Assembly: GCA_016618085.1 (NCBI GenBank)
Contig: JABLTG010000015.1
Span: forward strand, 62,001 to 126,000
Direction: 5' to 3'
Source of the DNA: Neovahlkampfia damariscottae
Lineage: Eukaryota
DNA length: 64,000 bases
A model generated the notes under the pieces. The model made no database searches. It was not told where the DNA came from and was given only the letters and a program-made list of their open reading frames with translations. How positions within the stretch are numbered: position 1 is the first letter of the stretch; the number at the start of each line of letters is the position of its first letter. Both the position numbers and the translations under genes were made by a program. Positions 1 to 12,381 of the stretch are shown here, piece after piece.

Positions 1-49
1 CTATTTCATTAAAACAACCTCCAGAAACCTTTTCATTTTGCTTGTTTAC

Positions 50-76
50 ACCACGGAACCAGTTGAACAAAAACAT
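50..76 (-). CDS. First exon of a gene running off the window edge, possibly Sar1 small GTPase
   Basis: ATG at 76 gives MFLFNWFRG, then GTAAAC...TAG (intron 1-49). It resembles Sar1 N-termini (MFLFDWF.G). CCAATCA lies just upstream. Only 9 codons are visible. Confidence 0.4.
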
Positions 77-102
77 AAAAAAGAAAATGATTGGATGAAC
101 AT

Positions 103-170
103 AAATTTTCATTTTCCAAATAAATTTATTCAATTTGAACTTTCAAATTTATTCTTCATTCATGAAATTT
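103..170 (-). promoter_or_regulatory. SECIS element (eukaryotic type II) in the 3' UTR
   Basis: Minus strand: AAATTTCAT-GA-ATGAA-GAATAAATTTG-AAA-GTTCAAATTGAA-TAAATTTATTT-GGAA-A-ATGAAAATTT. Helix I, ATGA (159-156)/GA (116-115) core, 11-bp helix II, unpaired AAA (143-141) and an apical mini-stem. Confidence 0.85.
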
Positions 171-182
171 TGTTTTTAAAAT

Positions 183-623
183 TTACAATAAAAAATGAGT
201 GAGCAATGCACTCAACAATCCACACCCAATTAAAATTGACCAAGTTTTTTTGATAATTTTCCATCTGAATTCAGAATCTTCAATAACAAATTTAGTATGA
301 TTTGTTTTGTGTGCTTGTCCTAAAACTCCTAAAATTTTGATTAATTTTCTGTTGATTTTACCTGCACCTCAAATACCCATTTTTCCTTGTAGATATTGTG
401 TGAAGCAGACTCCTAGAAAGAAAAAGTTGATAAATTTGTGGAATGGATAAATGTAGCCTATTTTGTACGTCACTGTTGTGTAAATTGATAAAATTAAGAA
501 AATCCAAGAAACCATTAGTCTGTATTGTCCTCTGTCTGTTGTTTCATTACAAACATTCTTTGTGAAGTAATCATATAATTGTTCATTTGAACTGTGAGCA
601 TTTACACTGTCGTCAATGACCAT
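183..623 (-). CDS. Putative selenoprotein, 135-aa small multi-pass membrane protein with Sec at codon 85
   Basis: The frame continues past TGA (371-369) as G-A-G, then intron 329-361 (GTAAAA...TAG, 33 nt), then VLGQAHKTNHTKFVIEDSEFRWKIIKKTWSILIGCGLLSALLTHFLL-TAA (185-183). The SECIS lies directly downstream. Confidence 0.8.
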
Positions 624-939
624 CGGATAAATTCGGAGAAAAAAACTGAACTCATTGATTGGCCAAGATTCACTTAAAATTGGTTCTTTTTTTGAAAGAA
701 ATTTTGATGTTGTCGGATTTGAAGTGGCCTTTGTGTGTCGGTTGGGTTTAGCTTCAAATTGATATCATTTTTGTTCTTTTCACGAATTGATCTTCGTTTG
801 ATGTTGATTAGTTTTTAAATGAGGTTCAATTCACTGCAGTTTTTTTAACAATACAATCATTGAAATGATAAATTGGAGATAAATAAAGAAAAAAATTCTT
901 TTTCGAGATAAATTTGTCGATTTTCATTGTTCAACAAAA

Positions 940-2455
940 ATGATTGGTCAGAACCAAATCGATTTACAGAACGGAGGTGTTGTTTTTGATTCTTCACAAA
1001 CATTGAAATCCAACCTTAATTCAATAATAGAACTTCAAAAAATAATTTCAACTTCATTTGGACCAAATTCTTCTGATAAATTATTTCAAGATAAAGATTC
1101 AGAAGTTTTTTTATCAAATGATGGTAATTTTTTTGTTTTTTCTTTTAAAAAATAATAGGAGCTACTATAGTAAAATGTCTAAAAATCCAACATCCATGCG
1201 CCAAGTTATTTGTAGACTTAAGTTCAACTCAATCCAAAAAATTTGGTGATGGAACCACAACTGCAATGTTATACTCATCAGAATTGTTAAAAATAAGTTA
1301 TGAATTGGTTCATAAAGAAAATTATTCAATCGAAGAAATTTCAAAAAAGTTTCACCAAGCAAAGCAAATGTCCATAAAATTTTTGAAGGAAAACTCAAAA
1401 AAGTTGAATCAAGAAATTTTGTTAAACGCAATTAAAACAGTATTAATTTCAAAACAAATACGATATGAAATTGATTTATTCACAAAATTGATGCTTGACG
1501 CTGTAAAAGAGTCTCAAATTCAGGAGAATATTGAAGTTATGAGTTTGAATGGAAATTTAAAAGAGTCTGAATTGATTGAAGGATATTTATTATATCATAA
1601 AGATATTGATTATTTTGAAGCTAGAAAAGATGCCAAAATAGCTTTTGTAAACATTCCAATGTTTAAATCTTCAACTCATTTACAATTCGAAAATAGTGAT
1701 TTTATTGCTCTACAAGATGAATTAATTGAAATAGAAGCTGATGTGATATTATGTACAAGAGAATTTCCGTATGAAGAATGTAGTTTCACAAACCAAAATG
1801 TTCTGATTTTTGAACATATTGATGAAGAAGTAATTGAAAAAATTTCACACAAATTTCAACTTCCAATAAGCAGATCATTGAAAATATTAGACATATTTAC
1901 ATGTCAAAATATGAAGTATTATGATAAAAATCATTTCATTTTAAATTTTTCTCAACAAAAAATTTCAACAATTTTGGTGAAAGCTGCTTCATTCAGTTCA
2001 CAAGAAGAAGGTAAAATAAACATAATATATTAATTTCTTAAAAAATAGCACAGAGAGTGATTGATTACTGCATCAAACTGATCCTGAATTCCAGTGAATT
2101 GGTCGTATCAGGTGGTGGAGCAATTGAAATAGCACTCTACAAAAATTTGAGAAATTTCTCAAATGATAAAGAAGATGAAATTATTTTCAATTTTGCAAAG
2201 ATGTTTTTAATTGTTCCTAAATTATTATTAGAGAGTTGTGGATTGAATATTTACGAAAACATGAACATATTAAAGGAAACTTCAAATTCAAAAATGATTG
2301 GAGTAAATGCAACAAAAAAAAAGTTAATGGATACTTTGGAAAATGGCATAATGGATTATGTAGATTCAAAGATATCAATCATAGAATTATCTATTGAAAC
2401 AATTTTGATGATTTTAAAAATTGATCAAATCATTTTTTGTGGACAAACAAAATAA
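940..2455 (+). CDS. Divergent group II chaperonin (CCT/TCP-1-like, possibly BBS-chaperonin-like)
   Basis: After removing introns 1124-1158 and 2011-2048: TSFGP, SNDGATI, QHPCAKL, GDGTTT, VSGGGAIE and ILKID motifs. The apical domain is divergent. Confidence 0.8.
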
Positions 2456-2571
2456 CAATCTCTGATCGTCATAAGAATTTCTGTTGTTGCTCCACATGAA
2501 AATTAAAGGTTATTCACTAGTTAATTAATCAATATATTAAAGTAAAATTCTGTTTTGTTGAAACAAAGATT

Positions 2572-5507
2572 TTATTCATAATCAACCCCTTGATAAACAA
2601 ATGGAGCCCAATGATATGTGGATAGATATTTAATACTCTTATCAGATCGGATTTTTTTCATTGAATAATTCAATGAATTTGGGATGGAACCTTTGACTTC
2701 TATGGTTAATTTCTATGTGATTAATTAATTCTAAATTCAACTTACTTCATAAAAATTTTTCATAAATTTCAGTGTGGTTGCCGAATCAACACTCCAAAGA
2801 CTTCCAATGACATTTGTAACTCCAATTTTTTGAAGTTGATACATGAATCCAATATTTCCTTCAGACAAGGTAAATGTGCCTAGAGATGACTCACAAGAAC
2901 TTAAACATACTAGTTGTGTATCACTGAGTTCAATTCCATTTTCTTCCAATTCATCAGAATTAAAAAGGTGTTCATCACTTTCTAAATTTTCTTGAAATAA
3001 TTGCATCACTCCAGAAGATTTTGAGTTCTTTGATGAATGATTTTTTGAATGACAGGAAAAATGAATCACTGTCCAAGGTTCTTCAACTATTTTTTTTAAT
3101 ATTTTTGGTTTTGTGCAATCTTTTCCTTTGATTGAAACTATTTGATCTTTGGAATATTTTTGTAGTAATATTTTTTCAATTTCATCAACTTCTTTTTCAC
3201 AAAAAATATTTCCGTTTTCCATATCTTTCAAGTTATCCACACCAATCAATAAAAATCTAATACTTTTTTTCTTTTGATCTAAATATTTGTTTACAAGAAT
3301 GTCGATATTGAAATTTGGAATGAGATGAATTTTAGGTACAATATCTATTAAGAATTCATTTGAATTCTTTTTTTTCAGTGCTGAAAATGGAACATTGCAA
3401 ATACTTTCATGTGGAAGGATTGAAATGCACTTTTCTTGTTTGAAATATTTTTCAATTGGAGATAATAAAAATTCATAAAGATGCTCATACAATTCATTAG
3501 TTTTTGTGATAGGATAGTTCTCTAATTCATCAATTTTTGTTTTTTCATTGAATTCTTGCCAATATTTCTTCTTGTAATCTTTGTCAACTAAACCCAACAC
3601 ATTTTCTGCTTGAATGCTAAATTCATCAATATTACTGTCTGATGCATAATTTTTTGTTGAATTTGAACTTGAATACAATTTTTTTTTATTTAATTTATCG
3701 AATGTCCAGAAATCATAATTGTTTAAACTCAGCTCTTTCACTCTCCGAAAAGCGTTCATTGCCTTCTTTGCTTTTTCTTCTGCTACTGTTTTATCAACAG
3801 GCATTTTGATAATAATAAAATCTAAAACTTCATTATTTTTGACGACCCAGATCATCAAATTTTTGTTTTCTAATCCGTCAATATAATTTATTCTGTAAAT
3901 AACACACAATCCTCTCATTGCTGTATTACCAAGATTGGAAAACATTGCAGTACCAATATTATCTTTCAAGACTTGTAATGATTTATCTTTGCATTTTGAA
4001 TATATCTCAAGTTTCAATGCAAAATTGTCGTAAAATAAATCATTCAACTGAATTTGATTTTTTCTTGGAACCAAAAAATCTGAAAGATTAATCTTGTTGA
4101 GATATTCAAGAGAATTTTCATAATCTTCCAATTTAAAATATATTCTCCCAATGTCGACGAATACTCTTTGTTGTTCTAATTTATTTGACAGGAGGCTCAA
4201 TGCTTCCAAAAAATACTTTAGTGACATGTTCAGTTCATTTTGTTTTTCCATTGAAATTGCCAAGCCAATAACAGCTTGATACTGGTACTGTAAACCACAA
4301 GGATATTGTTCAAAAATATACAAGATTTTTTTAAACAATATTTCAGCATTTTTCCAGTCACCTAAATGAATTGAAAAAATACCATCATAGAATATCGGTG
4401 ATATTATATATAAAGGATTGTCTAAATCCTGATATATTGATTTACTAGTAACTAATGCAATCAATCCGTTTTCATAATCTTCATATCGATAATAAAGTGC
4501 AGCACGTTGTTCCAAAATGTTTGCAGTCAGTTCCATCAAATTTTTGTTGATTTGAGTGATCTTTGTTGCTATAATGAAATATTTATCTGCCAATATATCA
4601 TTTCCTAATTTTAAATAAAGTTTTCCAATCATGAAATATATATCTGCCTTATTTTCTTCAGTTAATGATCTAAATAAATGATCTAATGCTGTTGTATAAT
4701 TTCCTAAAGATTCAAAAATCAATGCTAAGTGAAAGTGACAGTTTGAAATCCTGTTTGTACAATTAGGTATAATTTGAAACAACTCTAAAGCCATATTACA
4801 TAAAACTGGGCAATTATTCGAAAAAGATTGACCCAACAAACCAATAGATAGAATAATGTTTGAAGCATCCTTTCCAAAAATAAATTCAATTTGATTTGCT
4901 TTCTCTTTTGTTTTTTCAAAGTAATTGTATCCTTCAGAAGTTTTTCCAAGTAAATTGCAACAATTTCCAATTTTTATCAATAATTGAGTATATTCCCATG
5001 AGAAATGATCAAAGTATTTCATCGATTCTAAATAAAAACCCATGGCTCCTTCTAAAGTTTTTGTTTTATCAACATTTGAACAACACTTCTTGTGAAATGC
5101 CAAATCTCCTGCAAACATGAAAGTATATCCATCTGTGAAGTCACACTGATCAAATATATTCTTGACTTCCAATTTCTAAGTTCTGTGTTTAATCATTTTT
5201 TTCAAACTTCTGAAATATTTTTCTTCAATTTTTTTTTAATTTCTTTGTTTCCATTAAATTTCAAAATCCCATTCTCAATTTCAATTTTTAATACAAAAAA
5301 GATTCTAAATAGTGCCGGAGTATACCAAGTGTCTTCAGAAACTTCAAATGTTTCCAACTGAATAAAAAATTAAAAAGAAAAAATTGAAAATACGGGAATT
5401 TGTGACTCTGGTGTTTCAGAAAGCAATTCCAGAACTTTCATTGCATTTTTGTCGTTGTTGAATTTGTTGAATTTCAAAATAAAAACAAGTCTGTCCAGTT
5501 CATCCAT
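2572..5507 (-). CDS. TPR-repeat protein with C-terminal CHAT (caspase-like) protease domain
   Basis: TPR-like helices, then ILPHESICNVPFSAL, VIHFSCH, LVCLSSCES, VIGSLWSVD and YHWAPFVYQG (after intron 2713-2745). The 5' exons start at ATG 5507, joined by two short introns. Confidence 0.85.
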
Positions 5508-5632
5508 TTTGATGTTCAAATCTAATCGCAATATAATTGGACAAGAGAGATATTTATTAAACAAAAATTGAAATTGTTGCTCATTTCTATTCTAATTTTA
5601 GAAAAAAACTACCAATCATCAACTTTAGAAAA

Positions 5633-6826
5633 ATGTTGCCTTCATGTTGGTTGGAATCATTTCTTTCAGAGGAAGACATGCTTCACAAACAAATGTTTCA
5701 AGAAGAAATTCAAGATATACTTTCAAAATACAATATGGATGCAGAACATCACAAACCTGAAGATTTTTTGAGAATTTACACATCAAAACCAATTGAAGTT
5801 GCTTTATTGTTATGTAATTGTTCAAAAAGAATTTCTACAATTGTATTTAATTATCTCCACAATACAAAAAACCTAAAACAACTCAGTAAACAAGGCCCAC
5901 ACAATAAATGGAACAATTCTGATCAAATGAATGAAATATTTGAATATTTATTGAACCATGTTGGAGAGTTGAAAGAAAAAGAAGATATTTCGGTTGAAAG
6001 AATATGTAAATCTTTGAAAAAATTTTTTATCAATGAGAAAAATTATAATATTCCTGAAGATTTATCAGATGATGTTACAATGGATTTGTTGTATGCTATT
6101 CACCTAGAAAGTATCAAAGATGGAAAACAACTTCCAAAAGTGCGTAAAGATGCTCCAATAAATTTTAAGTCAGCCTTGAGAAATGACATCAAAAATTTAG
6201 AAAAAAGATCAACAACAATCGAAACAGAAACTTCACAAAACTCAGAAGGTGATAAAGAAACTTCAAAAAACTTAAATGAACCAAATTGTACTGGAAATTT
6301 GAATATCGCTTCAGGTACTGAAGTATTGATTGCAACATCAACTTTAAATGATGAATTGAAGACCCCTGATTATATTGAATTTGATCAAAAGAACAAAGAA
6401 GCTCTTAAAGCTTTAAGAGAACTCCATGAATATCTAGAAATTTATGATTTATCCATAAATTATTTCAATGATATGGAAACTTACTTCAGTCAAAAAAGGC
6501 CAAGATCTGATGAAGAAAAATATGAAAAAATGAAAAGATTTCATGCAGATTTCATCAATATATTTGGAACAACTGAAATTGACAGTAATTCTTCACAATA
6601 CCAGAAATCAATCAATGATGATACTAAATTCAATAATTTGATAAAAATCGTGAAAAAGATGATGGAATTCAAGGAGTACCCACAATTGGATCAAATAAAG
6701 ATTCCAATAAAATTGAAACAAAAAACAAAAAACATTAGTTGGGATCAATTCTTGGAGGAATGGGACACTGTTGTCGACGATTTTCCCGTGTTAAAATGTT
6801 TATTCCCATTTAAATTCATTGATTAA
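5633..6826 (+). CDS. Hypothetical protein, 397 aa, intronless
   Basis: Long open frame with no recognisable motif, divergent from the CHAT gene. Confidence 0.7.
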   Translation: MLPSCWLESFLSEEDMLHKQMFQEEIQDILSKYNMDAEHHKPEDFLRIYTSKPIEVALLLCNCSKRISTIVFNYLHNTKNLKQLSKQGPHNKWNNSDQMNEIFEYLLNHVGELKEKEDISVERICKSLKKFFINEKNYNIPEDLSDDVTMDLLYAIHLESIKDGKQLPKVRKDAPINFKSALRNDIKNLEKRSTTIETETSQNSEGDKETSKNLNEPNCTGNLNIASGTEVLIATSTLNDELKTPDYIEFDQKNKEALKALRELHEYLEIYDLSINYFNDMETYFSQKRPRSDEEKYEKMKRFHADFINIFGTTEIDSNSSQYQKSINDDTKFNNLIKIVKKMMEFKEYPQLDQIKIPIKLKQKTKNISWDQFLEEWDTVVDDFPVLKCLFPFKFID

Positions 6827-7170
6827 ATTTTATACACGTTGTTTTTTAAGCAAATTTTTTCCAATACATTTATCTTGCAGAGTTTTATCCATAAACTTCA
6901 GGAAAATCCATTATTTTTTGCTGTTTTCAACCCACTATTTCTAGAATAAGGAGTTTAAAAATGATCACCTTCACAAATCAAATTAAAAATACTTATGCTT
7001 ATTTATGCTATTTCAAAGTAAGAATACCTGAATACTCAAAAACAAGATCAAGTTTCAATTTAGGTGTGAATCGATTCATTGGTGGAATAAAGTTTATCCA
7101 ATCAAACTAATTCACACATCAACATGAAGCTTTAAAAGTAGAGAATTTGTAATTTTTTCAAATCTCAAAA

Positions 7171-8658
7171 ATGTCTATTGCAGGTATCACATTCTCAGAA
7201 AATAAATTTCAAACTTTACTCTCACTTGAAGAACAAGGTACAGATATAATTTACCTTGACGAAATGCTTACAATTCTTCAAACTTCCAATTCAAATGAAG
7301 TATCTTTTTCATATGACCATGCTGGTACTATAAAATCAACTAATGAAGAACTTGTTAAACCTGTGTGGACTCCAGAAATTTGCTCTCAAACTTCTTGTGG
7401 TTGGATCTTACGAACAGCTGATGATTTATTGAAACAAAATTTGAAACATTTAACCAATATGACTTATGGAACTCAATTCCTTGAATCTATGACCAACTTA
7501 AAATCAGGTGACTCAATTAAAGTACAATACTCACCAAGAGTAAGTCGAATCAGAATCAAACCAAAAGAAATTGTTTATGAAAAATTTGAAAATAGTATTT
7601 ATGTTTCAGATGTTAAATGGGAAATTGAATTCGACATGAAAACTAAAGAAGGTGTTTTAATTCCAATTCACAATCTTCAAAAGAAGTTGATGGAATATTA
7701 TGAAAAAGAAGTTGAAAATATCACAAAAAAGGATCCTCAACATGCTTATTCTCTTCTTAGAAAAGTTTTTATTGCCCAAGAGCTTGCAAAATTTATTATT
7801 CAAAATAAAATTCCATATCAAAAGGAGAAAGTTAAAAATGTAGTTCCAAATAAGAATACTTCAAATTTCAAATACGAAAATGTAGAAATTACCCTTTGGA
7901 ATGCTAAAGATCAAACTGGAAATTCAGGAGTAATTACCAAACATCCAATGCATGATGGTAGTTTTCACTATTACAACTACAGAAGAGTGCATGGAAATCC
8001 AGATGATTTTCAAATGTGTCCACAATTTGATGAAAATCAAGATGCTCTCAAAGGTTTCAGTATTTCAAAGTTTACCACTACCCATGCTGGATCAGTTGGT
8101 GGTGTCATTCTCAAAGTCTCCAATGAAAACATGAAGGTTCAACCATTTAATTTTCATATTCTTGGTGATCATCGTGGGATTAGAATTCCGCATCTTGACA
8201 AAATTCCATCAACACCAAAAAAATTCAGTTCCGTGAATCTGTTGTCAAGAGTTGAAGGTTGGAAATTTCAATACACCAAAGAAACAGAAGCTTATGTGAA
8301 AGAAGCTAACAAAAGTTTAAATCAACATGAACGAAAAGAAAATATACAAAATTTTCTTGCTAATTTAATATTTACATCTGTTGTTGGTTGGTCTCCATTG
8401 GGACAAGGAATGAAAAATGTGTTAGGTTTATCTTCAAATGCAGCAGCATTTTATGGTGTATTCAAAGAAATCAAAGATTGTCAAGTTCCTATTGATTCGC
8501 AAGTTTATTTCTATCAACAAGAAATTGCTGGAGTGAATTGTGTTACCTCCATAATTGTTTTTGATGAAAAAGGAAATTTTTTATTCGAAAAAACATTTGG
8601 AGAATATATTGGAAATTATACTACTCTTGTTGGCATCATTGATCAAAATGCTAAATGA
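7171..8658 (+). CDS. Hypothetical protein, 495 aa, intronless, with a DUF1598-like domain
   Basis: TSCGWILRTADDLLK, RIRIKP, AYSLLRKVFIAQELAKFI and a late GGV resemble my recollection of the DUF1598 motif pattern. The family call is tentative. Confidence 0.55.
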   Translation: MSIAGITFSENKFQTLLSLEEQGTDIIYLDEMLTILQTSNSNEVSFSYDHAGTIKSTNEELVKPVWTPEICSQTSCGWILRTADDLLKQNLKHLTNMTYGTQFLESMTNLKSGDSIKVQYSPRVSRIRIKPKEIVYEKFENSIYVSDVKWEIEFDMKTKEGVLIPIHNLQKKLMEYYEKEVENITKKDPQHAYSLLRKVFIAQELAKFIIQNKIPYQKEKVKNVVPNKNTSNFKYENVEITLWNAKDQTGNSGVITKHPMHDGSFHYYNYRRVHGNPDDFQMCPQFDENQDALKGFSISKFTTTHAGSVGGVILKVSNENMKVQPFNFHILGDHRGIRIPHLDKIPSTPKKFSSVNLLSRVEGWKFQYTKETEAYVKEANKSLNQHERKENIQNFLANLIFTSVVGWSPLGQGMKNVLGLSSNAAAFYGVFKEIKDCQVPIDSQVYFYQQEIAGVNCVTSIIVFDEKGNFLFEKTFGEYIGNYTTLVGIIDQNAK

Positions 8659-8767
8659 TACTAATAAAAATTACATTTTATCATTTTAATAAAAGAGCAT
8701 CCTGTTTCTTTCAGGTGGCACAATGATGTTTGAATAACAATTTTCTTATCTTTTTGAGAAAGCAATT

Positions 8768-11493
<2,726 letters not shown>

Positions 11494-11580
11494 TTATGGT
11501 GAAACAACAACACAAAAAGACGATTGGTTGATTTATGGTGCTTTTTTATTGGATTAAAAAAAGAAGTGCTCAAAATTAAT

Positions 11581-12352
11581 TTATTTATTTATAGTTTTAA
11601 AATTCTTATCAATTTTTTCATCAACGTATTTTTTCATATCTTCAAATTTGGAATCAATGTAATTTTTGATTTCATTCATTTGATTCTCATTTAATTTTGG
11701 AGTTGCAACTTTATCCATGGAATTATTTACATCCTTAGGATTCATCAAAGATGTCAGAAGTGATTTTGTCATTGGGTCACTCAAGGAACTGGTTGAAACA
11801 TTTTGAATATTTAAATTTGAAAGCATAGACTGAATATTTTTCATATCAAAATCATTATTTTCTAATTTTCTGGGTATATGTTTTTTTACTGTGTCTTCAA
11901 TCATTTTTCCTTCCAAAAAAATACCTCCCAAAAGAAATTCAATTTTACCTTGAATAGAAAAAAACTGTAAAAAGTTAATTGAAAAATAATCAAACCTTAA
12001 ATGTTATTTTTTTAAATGGCTTCGTAATTTTTGAAAATTCAGTCACAAACAATTTTGTTTCTGCTTCGATTTCATGTGCTTTTTTGGTTTCAACATATTC
12101 ATCATCACCAGAATATATCTCAATAGTTTTTGAATTGCTATATATTTTTATACAATCTACTTGAAAAAAAGATGTTTTTGATTCTTTCAATGTTAAAATT
12201 ATTTTGCATCTTTCTTTGTCTTCTTTTAAACTCAAAATGTTGTTTGGTTTTTGTTCTTTTTCATCAATTTTGATGAATTCATAGATTTCTTCAGCTTTTG
12301 AGTTTTCTGTTTTCCAGTTTGTTTCAACAACAAAAACTGAACTGGACATCAT
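11581..12352 (-). CDS. PAAT/C10orf88-like protein
   Basis: Two exons. IYSNSKTIEIY..DEY, DMKNIQSML and a C-terminal coiled coil resemble the C10orf88 family. Confidence 0.5.
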
Positions 12353-12381
12353 TTCATTGGTCCAAAAATATTCCACAAATC

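Noticed and set aside
369..371. Genome-wide UGA reassignment as the reason for the in-frame TGA
   Set aside because: TGA is a normal stop for other genes here (8658, 47893, 50770, 54242) and Trp is encoded by TGG, so the readthrough must be local.
660..900. Open frame extending upstream of ATG 623 on the minus strand
   Set aside because: There is no in-frame ATG before a TGA near 766, and a CCAAT box at 657-662 supports 623 as the start.
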